Shown here one piece after another: positions 1 to 7,186 of a stretch of DNA of 32,000 nucleotides; position 1 is the stretch's first letter, and the number at the start of each line of letters is the position of its first letter. Source of the DNA: Candidatus Hadarchaeota archaeon. GTDB taxonomy: Archaea; Hadarchaeota; Hadarchaeia; Hadarchaeales; Hadarchaeaceae. The translations under genes were made by a program, and so were the position numbers. Under the pieces are notes generated by a model that was given only the letters and a program-made list of their open reading frames with translations, was not told the DNA's origin and made no database searches. The stretch spans positions 240,001 through 272,000 of the forward strand of contig CAZETV010000001.1 of assembly GCA_964514965.1 (NCBI GenBank), in the 5' to 3' direction.

Positions 1-187
1 GGCTCCATATCTGACGACTTGAAGCCCTCACTCTACAGAAGTTGTGGCCGCCTCGGATGAGAGAGGGATAGTCACTTATGACGAAAGCGTAAAGGCCGAG
101 GCGGTTGAAAGCCTTGCCTAAGAGCTCTGCTGTCCGCATCACCCCGTCTCCAGCCTCTCCGCCAATGAGAAAAGAAATATCCTGCAT
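1..187 (-). CDS. 2-oxoacid:ferredoxin oxidoreductase alpha (KorA / gamma-domain type) subunit; N-terminal fragment that runs off the window edge
   Basis: Own minus-strand translation from ATG 187..185 gives MQDISFLIGGEAGDGVMRTAELLGKAFNRLGLYAFVISDYPSLIRGGHNFCRVRASSRQIWS... The IGGxxGxG ... YPSxIRGGH pattern is the typical N-terminus of OFOR alpha/gamma subunits. It is absent from the ORF track because there is no stop inside the window. Confidence 0.6.
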   Translation of the reverse strand, partial: MQDISFLIGGEAGDGVMRTAELLGKAFNRLGLYAFVISDYPSLIRGGHNFCRVRASSRQIWS

Positions 188-340
188 TCCAGCCCTTTCA
201 AAAGCTTCGTTTTATCCCAAAGGCCTGTTTAAGTGTTTGTATCGCCGTACTTTCGAAAGAACCCGTCAAAACTTCAGGTTTAAATTCTACTTCGCTTGGA
301 AAGAGTGGCCCTGCGATAAATATCCCCATAGTTTCTACAA

Positions 341-352
341 TATACTATTAAT
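341..352 (+). promoter_or_regulatory. TATA-like box (TATACTATTAAT) at the expected distance upstream of the RNase P RNA 5' end
   Basis: An AT-rich box is centred about 27-28 nt upstream of the first base of the P1 helix (about 373-375). Archaeal promoters place the TATA box near -27. Sequence inspection only. Confidence 0.3.
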
Positions 353-372
353 CCTCAAAAGATAAAATTATT

Positions 373-672
373 ACGCCGGTGAGCTGGTGGGCGACTTCCG
401 GGCGAAAGCCTGAGGAAACTCCGTCCATCAAGCAGGCCCGCGAACCCAAAAGGGTACGGTCGAGAGATCGGGAAGATGGAACAGAAACGACACCTCCCGA
501 CTCGCGCAAGGATGCGGTGACGCTGAGGTCGAGTCGACGGGGATGAAACGGCCATCACGCGGGATGCAAGGGCAAATTACCGCCGATGAACGCCTACTGG
601 AGGTGGGTGGTAGCCCGCTAAGCTAAATGTCGCCTTAAAACAGAAGACGGGTTACATCCAGCACGCCGGCTT
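373..672 (+). ncRNA. rnpB: RNase P RNA (archaeal, type-A-like)
   Basis: Conserved CR-I-like GAGGAAACUCCGUCC lies near the 5' end (about 411-425). ACAGAAACGAC lies in the middle. CR-V-like AACAGAAGACGGGUUAC lies near the 3' end (about 639-655). The P1 helix closes the molecule: 5' GCCGGUGAGCUGG (375-387) pairs with CCAGCACGCCGGC (658-670), 12 of 13 pairs including one G-U. Length is about 296 nt and the region is GC-rich and non-coding. ORFs 105..365(+) and 355..558(-) are shadows. Confidence 0.85.
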
Positions 673-740
673 TGGTTATCTAACAAGATTGTCGGCTAAC
701 AATTAAATATTATGAAAACTAACAACTAAGTGGGTAAAAA

Positions 741-1049
741 ATGTTATCGACAATACCCATAAATCTTGAGAAAGTAAAAAAAGAAGACTTGAATAAAGAA
801 ATTCTAAGAATCGGGATAATAGCAGAATTGGACGCCGTAAATCTCTACGAACAAATGGCGGCCATGACCGAAAATGAAAATATTAAGAAAATTCTTTTAG
901 ACATAACAAAAGAAGAAAAAACACATGTTGGAGAATTTCAAACTTTGTTGTTGAAAGAAGACAAAGAGCAAGAAAAAGAATTGGAAGAAGGCAAAAAAGA
1001 AGTTAATGAATTAGTGGGTAAAACAAGCCCATTGCAGCAAAAAACATGA
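741..1049 (+). CDS. Encapsulated-ferritin-like (EncFtn / minimal ferritin-like) protein, 102 aa
   Basis: The two-helix metal-site pattern is IAELDAVNLYEQ ... TKEEKTHVGEF (Glu/Tyr on helix 1, EExxH on helix 2). This matches the EncFtn family pattern as I recall it. The C-terminal tail is Lys/Glu-rich. Confidence 0.7.
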   Translation: MLSTIPINLEKVKKEDLNKEILRIGIIAELDAVNLYEQMAAMTENENIKKILLDITKEEKTHVGEFQTLLLKEDKEQEKELEEGKKEVNELVGKTSPLQQKT

Positions 1050-1074
1050 TTGAAGCTAGGAATTTGATGATCGC

Positions 1075-1590
1075 ATGGTAAAATTGTGGAGATGCGAGAT
1101 TTGTGGTGACCCCTACATAGGGGAGAGTCCGCCAAATAACTGCCCTTTTTGTGGGGCACATATAAAATACATGAAAGAGGTGAAAGAAGCCAAAGTTAAT
1201 TTTGATGTTGAACTGAATGATAAAGATAAAGCGAATGCTGAGCGCGCTTTACAGGTAGAAGTGAGCAACGCTGCGTTTTATTTCTGCGCTGCCGAAAAAA
1301 CAGACGACGAAGGAAAATTATTGTTCAAGGCTTTAGGAAAAGTAGAAGCAGAACATGCCAGTGTCTGGAAGAAAATATTAAAGCTTGAAAAAGTACCTCA
1401 GGCGAGTGAGCAATGTCACGTAAGCAATAAAGAAAATTTAGAAGAATCCCATGCGAGAGAAACAAGAGCCATTGAATTTTATGAAAAGGCAGCTGCAGAT
1501 TCTGAGAATGAGAGAGTAAAACAGATATTTGAAGCGTTTGTCGAAGTGGAAAAATATCATTTAAAACTTTCAGAAGAAAGGCTAGAATAA
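1075..1590 (+). CDS. rbr: Reverse rubrerythrin (N-terminal rubredoxin-like Cys4 domain plus C-terminal diiron ferritin-like domain)
   Basis: The protein is 171 aa. N-terminal CEICG...CPFCG is followed by four-helix-bundle ligand motifs (EVSNA, EAEH, ESHARE, EVEKYH). The domain order is inverted relative to classical rubrerythrin. Confidence 0.85.
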   Translation: MVKLWRCEICGDPYIGESPPNNCPFCGAHIKYMKEVKEAKVNFDVELNDKDKANAERALQVEVSNAAFYFCAAEKTDDEGKLLFKALGKVEAEHASVWKKILKLEKVPQASEQCHVSNKENLEESHARETRAIEFYEKAAADSENERVKQIFEAFVEVEKYHLKLSEERLE

Positions 1591-1612
1591 TCACGCTCAA
1601 GGCGAGAAAAAA

Positions 1613-1620
1613 AGGAGGTG
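1613..1620 (+). promoter_or_regulatory. Shine-Dalgarno site AGGAGGTG, 4 nt upstream of the dfx ATG
   Basis: The site is perfectly complementary to the canonical 16S 3' tail (CACCUCCU). The same GGAGGTG/GGTGA motif recurs upstream of many genes in this window. Confidence 0.7.
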
Positions 1621-1624
1621 AAAC

Positions 1625-2002
1625 ATGGCAGGACTAAAACGGATTTACAAATGCAATGTTTGCGGAAATATAGTCGAAGTTTTGCACGCAGGAGTAGGAG
1701 AGCTTGTTTGTTGCGGACAGCCGATGGAATTACTTAAAGGGAAGACTAAGGATGTTGGTCTAGAGAAACATGTCCCTGTTATAGAAAAAACAGATGCGGG
1801 AATAAAAGTAAAAATCGGTTCAGTTCCCCACCCAATGGAAGAAAACCACCACATAGAATGGGTGGAGATAATCGCCGATGGTGAGGTTTTCAGAAAATTC
1901 TTGAAACCAAGCGATAAACCAGAAGCAGAATTCGAAATAAAAACAGAAATGATTGAAGCAAGAGAATACTGCAATATCCACGGTTTGTGGAAGTCCGGAT
2001 AG
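1625..2002 (+). CDS. dfx: Desulfoferrodoxin (2Fe superoxide reductase)
   Basis: The protein is 125 aa. It has an N-terminal desulforedoxin domain ([12 protein letters not shown]...LVCCGQPM) and a C-terminal SOR domain ([24 protein letters not shown]). Confidence 0.9.
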   Translation: MAGLKRIYKCNVCGNIVEVLHAGVGELVCCGQPMELLKGKTKDVGLEKHVPVIEKTDAGIKVKIGSVPHPMEENHHIEWVEIIADGEVFRKFLKPSDKPEAEFEIKTEMIEAREYCNIHGLWKSG

Positions 2003-2115
2003 AATTTTGGGTCTCGCTCAGTATTTGACTGGCGATTTGATAAGCAATGACTCAAATCTCCACTATCGAGAATCGGCGCAAGCAGTCAAGTCCAGAAAAC
2101 GATATAATCGGGAGG

Positions 2116-2207
2116 CGGGCCCGGAGGGATTCGAACCCTCGATCTACAGCTTAGGACGCTTGCGGGTGTTTCCACTTGCCGCCCTATCCAGACTAGGCCA
2201 CGGGCCC
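2116..2207 (-). tRNA. tRNA-Arg (anticodon CCU) with a 17-nt intron in the 5' strand of the anticodon stem (position 29/30); no encoded CCA
   Basis: Minus-strand read: GGGCCCG UG GCCU AGUCUGGAUA GGGC G GCA[AGUGGAAACACCCGCAA]GC GUCCUAA GCUGU AGAUC GAGGG UUCGAAU CCCUC CGGGCCC G. The acceptor stem is a perfect 7 bp. The D arm carries GG and the T loop is UUCGAAU. The anticodon stem GCAGC/GCUGU forms only after removing 17 nt. The mature length is 75 nt. Confidence 0.8.
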
Positions 2208-2316
2208 ATGTAAAATTGGGAGATAGAACTTATGACAGTTACCCTTGCCCAAACTCCAAGACGAAAGTTATTTAAAAAGCACTATCCCATCAACTTTAGA
2301 TATTAGAGGTGGTTAT

Positions 2317-2586
2317 GTGAATACTTCAAGGGTGATTGGAGCTCTACTTTGCGTTGTATGCGTTATAATCGCGGCATTATACATTTACTTCCCCTTCGTG
2401 GTGGGATACGGAGCGGCCCCACTGTGGTTAGTATTACCGGTAATCATCGGCATATTCATCCTTGCTGGCCTAGGCTTCTGGCTGGGGTGGATTATGTTTA
2501 ACACTAAAGAGGTCTCTTCGCCGCCCCCAGCGCCGAGCGTGGTAGAGTCTGAAATCGAGAGAGAACCCGCATCTAAGAAAAAATAG
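2317..2586 (+). CDS. Small membrane protein (2 predicted TM helices, Pro/Ser/Glu-rich tail); function unknown
   Basis: This is track ORF 2245..2586. I prefer GTG 2317, which is preceded by GAGGTGG (2306-2312). The hydrophobic stretches are VIGALLCVVCVIIAALYIYF and LWLVLPVIIGIFILAGLGFWLGWIMF. It lies directly upstream of the STT3-like gene. Confidence 0.5.
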   Translation: MNTSRVIGALLCVVCVIIAALYIYFPFVVGYGAAPLWLVLPVIIGIFILAGLGFWLGWIMFNTKEVSSPPPAPSVVESEIEREPASKKK

Positions 2587-2638
2587 CGGCCTCAACGATG
2601 ATTTTTAAGGTTGACCTGACCTTATTTTAGCGGGTGCA

Positions 2639-4870
2639 TTGTTGAACTACAAGCGATGGTTGCTCGTCGGCTACCTGATAGCGCTGATGACTTTCACGAC
2701 TTCAGTGCTCTTAATCCCTGGCGAGAAGTACGACACGCTGACCACCTCGGACAGCGGATGGTTTTACGATATCGCCACTGGAATAAATCAAACAAATGCT
2801 TTAGTAGAGAACAACACCCTTTCTCACGCACCTTATGGGCTAAATGTTGGCCTCGCGGAGCAAGCCCAACCTTTGATAACGGTAATGCTCTACAGAGGTG
2901 TCAACGCCATCAATCCTAGCGTCACTTTGATGGACACCGTCAAGTACTGGGCCCCATTGCTCTTCGCTCTCTCGCTCATCCCGATTTTCCTAATTGGCAA
3001 GGAGTTGGGAGGCGATGTCGGGGGTTGCGCTGCGGCGTTCTTCGGAGCCACTTTAGCATCATCAATTTATTGGATGAAGGTCGGAGCGTATGACCGGGAA
3101 GCCATCCAGTTGATCTTGGGCGCATGGACAATTTATCTCACCATAAAGCTATTCAAAGCCCCCCGAAGCGAAATGCCCAAGTTTGCACTTTTGGCTGGGC
3201 TGGTGTACGGAATTTTCGGGCTGGCATGGAGCGGGTCGCTTTTCATTGCTCCCATCGTGATCGGTGGATTATTGTTCGTTTTGTTAGTCGGATTTCTTGG
3301 GGGATTGATTCATAAAAGCACTGATTTATCTGGCGCCTTTTTTTCAGCCATCCGAAGGAATTTGAGTCTGATAGCTGGCGTGTTGGGAATGTTAGCGGTG
3401 ATGACTCTCGCCCTCTGGGTAATCGGTGGCCAAAGCCCAATGGTATGGGCAAACTTCGCCCAATCTCTTCTAGGATATGTCGGGATGGGTGGTGGAGGAG
3501 AGATTACATTTACTAGGTATGCAGGAGAGATGAGTGCGCCAGGATCGTGGGGCGACACACTCAATAAATTTTACGGCACGAATATATTGACTCCATTTAT
3601 TCTCATTTTAATCGCTTTAGCATTGCTCAAGTTCTGTTGGTCGAGAAAGCGCTGGGAAATGTTAGCCTTTCCCTGGCTCATCGTTATCGCTGCAATGGTC
3701 TGGCCAGAGCAGGGTCAGGCGCGTTTCGAACGGATGTGGTGGCCCTTTGTAGCTGCCTTGGCGGGCGTGGGCGTGGCGGCACTCGTTTCACTTGTTCGGC
3801 GAGTCTCATTCGAGCAGTCCGGAGAATGGTTGAAGCATTTTCAGGTACCACTCGTGGTTGCACTTTGCACCAGCATCGCTGTCACACCATTCGTTTTTAA
3901 TGCGTATACCGTTGCCGAGCAAACTACACCCCCAACCGAATGGCAAGGTGTCAAGGGGTTGGACAAAGGGTTCATGGAGGCTTTCGATTGGCTTCGAGAA
4001 AATACTCCGGAAAATTCTGTCGTTTCTATCCAATGGTCATTTGGGCATCTACTAACAGGCACATCTCAACGAGCAACAGTGTGTGATGGTGCAGAGGTTA
4101 TGGGTGAAAAAGGCAAATGGGAGAACGATCCATCTTTTGTTCCCCGTCCACCCGATTACATCTACTATGTGCGCGACACTAGTGGTATTATCTATGGTGT
4201 GAATGTGCCTGCCATACGATACCAAGTTAACGGCAGGCGAATCGAGGTCCAACGCTTCCCAATGATGGATGAAAATGAGTTTCGTTGGATTATCAGCACC
4301 TATCGCGAGAATTACAATGTTAAAATTGATTACATAGTTTTCAGCCGCGACGAATATTATTATGCGCAACAAAGTTACCAGCAGCTTTATCAAGATGAGG
4401 TTACGAACGCGCTTTGGGGAGCTGAAACCAAAGCATTAACCAACTCGTGGCGATCTGAGAACAACGCCATCATATTCGATTTTGGCGAAAATAGGGAAAA
4501 TGTCGTGCTTGACATGAACGCGTGGAATGCTTACTTAAAGATCGATGAAAATATTAGATATCTCGATGGGTACGCTGTCTTTGTTGTCGATGAACAAGGC
4601 AACCTCGTAGACTCATATGGCTTTCAACCTTATCCATATTCAGACATTCAAGAAACTTTATTGATTAACATTAACGAAAATGGAAATGTGAGTGGCGCGC
4701 GTCTGATTTCCTCAGCCACTGAATTGATTGACTCGATTGAGGTCCCCCCCCTAATGGGTGTGAGGGTATTCGAAGGGGATATAGAAAACATCGATTATCT
4801 AAAAGTCGTTTTCACGAGTTCTAATAATCTGGTGAAAATTTTAAAAGTTATTTATGAAAATATGCCGTGA
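2639..4870 (+). CDS. GT-C glycosyltransferase of the STT3/AglB (oligosaccharyltransferase) family with a divergent catalytic motif
   Basis: The protein is 743 aa, with a multi-TM N-terminal half and a soluble C-terminal domain. Four STT3-like landmarks appear in the right order. An acidic first loop reads TTSDSGWFYDIA. A second loop reads GAYDREAIQ (compare G-x-x-D-H-H). An EL5-like segment reads YAGEMSAP (compare TIxE). QWSFGH (4031..4048) sits where WWDYG is expected, followed by MMDENEFRWI and NVKIDYIVFS. The TTG start is uncertain. Confidence 0.75.
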   Translation: MLNYKRWLLVGYLIALMTFTTSVLLIPGEKYDTLTTSDSGWFYDIATGINQTNALVENNTLSHAPYGLNVGLAEQAQPLITVMLYRGVNAINPSVTLMDTVKYWAPLLFALSLIPIFLIGKELGGDVGGCAAAFFGATLASSIYWMKVGAYDREAIQLILGAWTIYLTIKLFKAPRSEMPKFALLAGLVYGIFGLAWSGSLFIAPIVIGGLLFVLLVGFLGGLIHKSTDLSGAFFSAIRRNLSLIAGVLGMLAVMTLALWVIGGQSPMVWANFAQSLLGYVGMGGGGEITFTRYAGEMSAPGSWGDTLNKFYGTNILTPFILILIALALLKFCWSRKRWEMLAFPWLIVIAAMVWPEQGQARFERMWWPFVAALAGVGVAALVSLVRRVSFEQSGEWLKHFQVPLVVALCTSIAVTPFVFNAYTVAEQTTPPTEWQGVKGLDKGFMEAFDWLRENTPENSVVSIQWSFGHLLTGTSQRATVCDGAEVMGEKGKWENDPSFVPRPPDYIYYVRDTSGIIYGVNVPAIRYQVNGRRIEVQRFPMMDENEFRWIISTYRENYNVKIDYIVFSRDEYYYAQQSYQQLYQDEVTNALWGAETKALTNSWRSENNAIIFDFGENRENVVLDMNAWNAYLKIDENIRYLDGYAVFVVDEQGNLVDSYGFQPYPYSDIQETLLININENGNVSGARLISSATELIDSIEVPPLMGVRVFEGDIENIDYLKVVFTSSNNLVKILKVIYENMP

Positions 4871-6159
4871 TGCCCATGCAAAAACCGAAAGGAACGCGCG
4901 ATTTGCTGGGTAAAGAACTGTCGAGCATCCGTCACGTCACCCACGTAATGAACAACACTTTCAAGCGCTACGGCTACGAAGAAATCGAAACTCCAACTTT
5001 TGAGTACCTTGAGCTATTTGAGAAGAAGAGCGGCGAAGTAGTGGTCAAACAACTTTACTCTTTTAAGGACAAATCGGGCCGTGCACTTGCCCTCCGTCCG
5101 GAGTTAACCGTGCCCGCCATCAGGCTTTATCTTACTCACCTAAAATCGGCACCCCAACCCGTGAAACTATGTTATTTTGGGGACTGCTTTCGGTACGAGG
5201 AGCCTCAGGCGCAGCGATGGAGGCAATTTTTTCAATCAGGAGTAGAGGTTATCGGCTCGCCCCAACCTGAAGCGGATGCCGAAGTAGTAGCACTTTCTGA
5301 CGATATAATGCAAGAACTTGGATTGACGGGTTATGAACTCCGCATCGGCCACATCCGTTTGCTCCGAGAGGTGCTTGCCCATGCTGGAGTGAGGGGTGAT
5401 GCACAAGACTCCATTATGAGAGCAATTGACCGACACGACGAAGCAAGACTTGAGGAGGAGCTTAGCCGAATGCAAGTAAAAGCTAAGGACAAAGAGCTCC
5501 TCATATCTTTGATTGCGTTACATGGCAGCACGAAAGTGTTAAAACAGGCAGAGAAACTTGTTGCGAGTTTACCAAACGCCAAAATAGCTTTGAATAACCT
5601 ACATGAAATCCTTGAGCACGTTCGCTCGTTTGGAGTCGAGAAATTTACAATAGATTTCGGGATCGCCCGCGGACTTGAGTACTACACAGACTTCGTGTTC
5701 GAGATTTATGTCGATGGAGTTCAAGTTGCAGGAGGCGGCCGTTACGACGAACTCATCGAGCTTTTGGGAGGTGATCACTGCCCGGCCATCGGTGTCGGGT
5801 TCGGTGTCGACCGCATTGCTCGAACCCTTCTAAAGCGTGGGATGATAGTTTCGTGTGAGCGATTGGATTGCGTTGTTCTACCCACGAGCGAGGAGATGCT
5901 CAGTGAATGTTTGAAAATAGTTGGGGAGCTGCGCAGAGCCGGCCTACGAGTTGATGTCGACCTGATGAGACGGCGGTTGTCCAAGGCCATAGCGTATGCT
6001 AACGCTTGCGGCGCCACATATTCAATCATAGTCGGTGCTAAAGACTTGGCAGCTGGTAAGGTTACCCTTCGAGAAATGCATACTGGCAATCAAGTGCAAG
6101 TGCCGCGGCAGGAACTAGTTGCTAGGTTGAAATCAGTAAATCCCAATTCGAAAAAATAA
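4870..6159 (+). CDS. hisS: Histidine--tRNA ligase
   Basis: Class II HisRS motifs are present: PKGTRDLL, LRPELTVP, CFRYEEPQ, AGGGRYDEL and GVGFGVDRI, followed by an anticodon-binding domain. The start could be GTG 4867, ATG 4870 or ATG 4876. It overlaps the upstream TGA stop. Confidence 0.95.
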   Translation: MPMQKPKGTRDLLGKELSSIRHVTHVMNNTFKRYGYEEIETPTFEYLELFEKKSGEVVVKQLYSFKDKSGRALALRPELTVPAIRLYLTHLKSAPQPVKLCYFGDCFRYEEPQAQRWRQFFQSGVEVIGSPQPEADAEVVALSDDIMQELGLTGYELRIGHIRLLREVLAHAGVRGDAQDSIMRAIDRHDEARLEEELSRMQVKAKDKELLISLIALHGSTKVLKQAEKLVASLPNAKIALNNLHEILEHVRSFGVEKFTIDFGIARGLEYYTDFVFEIYVDGVQVAGGGRYDELIELLGGDHCPAIGVGFGVDRIARTLLKRGMIVSCERLDCVVLPTSEEMLSECLKIVGELRRAGLRVDVDLMRRRLSKAIAYANACGATYSIIVGAKDLAAGKVTLREMHTGNQVQVPRQELVARLKSVNPNSKK

Positions 6160-6165
6160 CCTTTT

Positions 6166-6348
6166 TCATTCCTTGCTCTCTTTTGCCTGCTCTCTAATCT
6201 TTTTGTATATCTTTTCCGAAATTAGCCCCGCGTTTACTGCGTCCCGCCAGCACTGAAAGCAACGAGCCCGAGTTGTCAACCCGCTAACTGAATAGAGCCA
6301 TACCGTCCGCCCGCAAACGACACACTGGCCCCATTCCGCTTGAATCAT
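6166..6348 (-). CDS. Small Cys4 zinc-ribbon-like protein (60 aa); function unknown
   Basis: CVVCGR ... CFQCW provides four Cys in two CxxC knuckles, and the C-terminus is Lys/Glu-rich. The ORF is bounded by an in-frame stop immediately upstream of the ATG. GGAGAA lies 11 nt upstream. Confidence 0.45.
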   Translation of the reverse strand: MIQAEWGQCVVCGRTVWLYSVSGLTTRARCFQCWRDAVNAGLISEKIYKKIREQAKESKE

Positions 6349-6485
6349 TCAAGTCACATTCTCCAACCGCTCGCGCAGTATGCATACATGTAACCGCCAC
6401 GAATCAACTTAATTCTCTGTTTCTTCCTTTTTTCTCTTATCTCACCTATTATTTTTGCATTATCGATTTTTCCTCACGCCAGTAT

Positions 6486-7031
6486 CTACCACCATTTCTT
6501 GGTCAGAGACATAGCTACAACTTCACGTATTTCTAACCTTTTTCTGATATCTTTTCCTAATATATCTTCGGGAAGTGCAGCCTTCACAATTAACGCCGTA
6601 TCGGCTCCTTTGCCAGTCCCACCAACTCCAATCACGTCCTCGCCAGCTTTCACAGCTCCCTCAGACGCGGCCATGATTACAACTTCTATGGCGACTTTGA
6701 AACCCTGCCCCAATGTGTAATAAGTGTTTTTCATGCGACCCAAATTTTTTGCCCGAAAAGCTGGAATGCAATTTTCATAAATGACAGCGCCCATTTTTTC
6801 AAGAGCGGCTCGAATATCCTTCGCCACAGTCTCCATTGAAATAACGACGAGTTTGGCCTTGCCATCGATTCTCTTGCCAATCTTCAACGCCGTCTCACCT
6901 GAATCGCTGGCAACCACCACAGTGTTTATTCCTGTTTCCTCCAGTCTTTTCGATAAAACCTCCACAACATCTTTGGTATTATCTGGCCCGGGTTTCTCGA
7001 AATAATAATCACTCCTAACAATTCGTCCCAA
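6486..7031 (-). CDS. Pyruvate-kinase alpha/beta (C-terminal) domain-like protein; uncharacterised family
   Basis: The protein is 181 aa. YFEKPGPDNT ... VVVASDSGETALK ... GVGGTGKGADTA is typical of the stand-alone PK_C-like archaeal proteins as I recall them. The TTG start is preceded by GGTGAT. Confidence 0.7.
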   Translation of the reverse strand: MGRIVRSDYYFEKPGPDNTKDVVEVLSKRLEETGINTVVVASDSGETALKIGKRIDGKAKLVVISMETVAKDIRAALEKMGAVIYENCIPAFRAKNLGRMKNTYYTLGQGFKVAIEVVIMAASEGAVKAGEDVIGVGGTGKGADTALIVKAALPEDILGKDIRKRLEIREVVAMSLTKKWW

Positions 7032-7160
7032 TTACATCACCTTACAAAATAATTGCTTTGAACAATAAATATGAGTTATCTCTCATCAACGAAAGATATC
7101 CAAACGTTCGCAATAACTAGAGCTTATACCAGACCCGAAAACTCGTGAAATTGCGAAGGT

Positions 7161-7167
7161 AGGCAGG
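7161..7167 (-). terminator. Oligo-T (T7 on the transcribed strand) about 20 nt after the endonuclease IV stop
   Basis: The minus-strand read after the stop is aaatcccccgtaTTTTTTTcc. Archaeal terminators are oligo-T tracts. Confidence 0.35.
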
Positions 7168-7186
7168 AAAAAAATACGGGGGATTT

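Noticed and set aside
198-329. 43-aa minus-strand ORF (MGIFIAGPLFPSEVEFKPEVLTGSFESTAIQTLKQAFGIKRSF) immediately upstream of the KorA-like gene
   Set aside because: It is short, has no convincing SD and belongs to no family I can place. The IAGPLF resemblance to nucleoside deoxyribosyltransferase-like N-termini is too weak. It is possibly a real leader or mini-ORF or a gene remnant, but that is unsupported.
105-558. Track ORFs 105..365 (+) and 355..558 (-)
   Set aside because: The first lies antisense to the clearly homologous KorA-like N-terminus. The second lies inside the RNase P RNA. Both have low-complexity Arg/Pro/Ser-rich translations typical of shadow ORFs.
741-2002. An encapsulin nanocompartment system
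   Set aside because: Only the EncFtn-like cargo-type gene is present. No HK97-fold shell ORF lies in or next to the cluster, and no targeting peptide is evident.
2025-2089. Nested complementarity (TTGACTG...CAGTCAA and CGATT...AATCG) with a UGAUAAG next to the stem, considered as a C/D-box sRNA between dfx and the tRNA
   Set aside because: There is no proper C box (RUGAUGA) or D box (CUGA) on either strand. A 7-bp match in a 113-nt spacer is expected by chance at appreciable frequency.
1953-2213. Track ORF 1953..2213 (+)
   Set aside because: It runs antisense through the tRNA-Arg gene, and its translation merely reflects the tRNA sequence.
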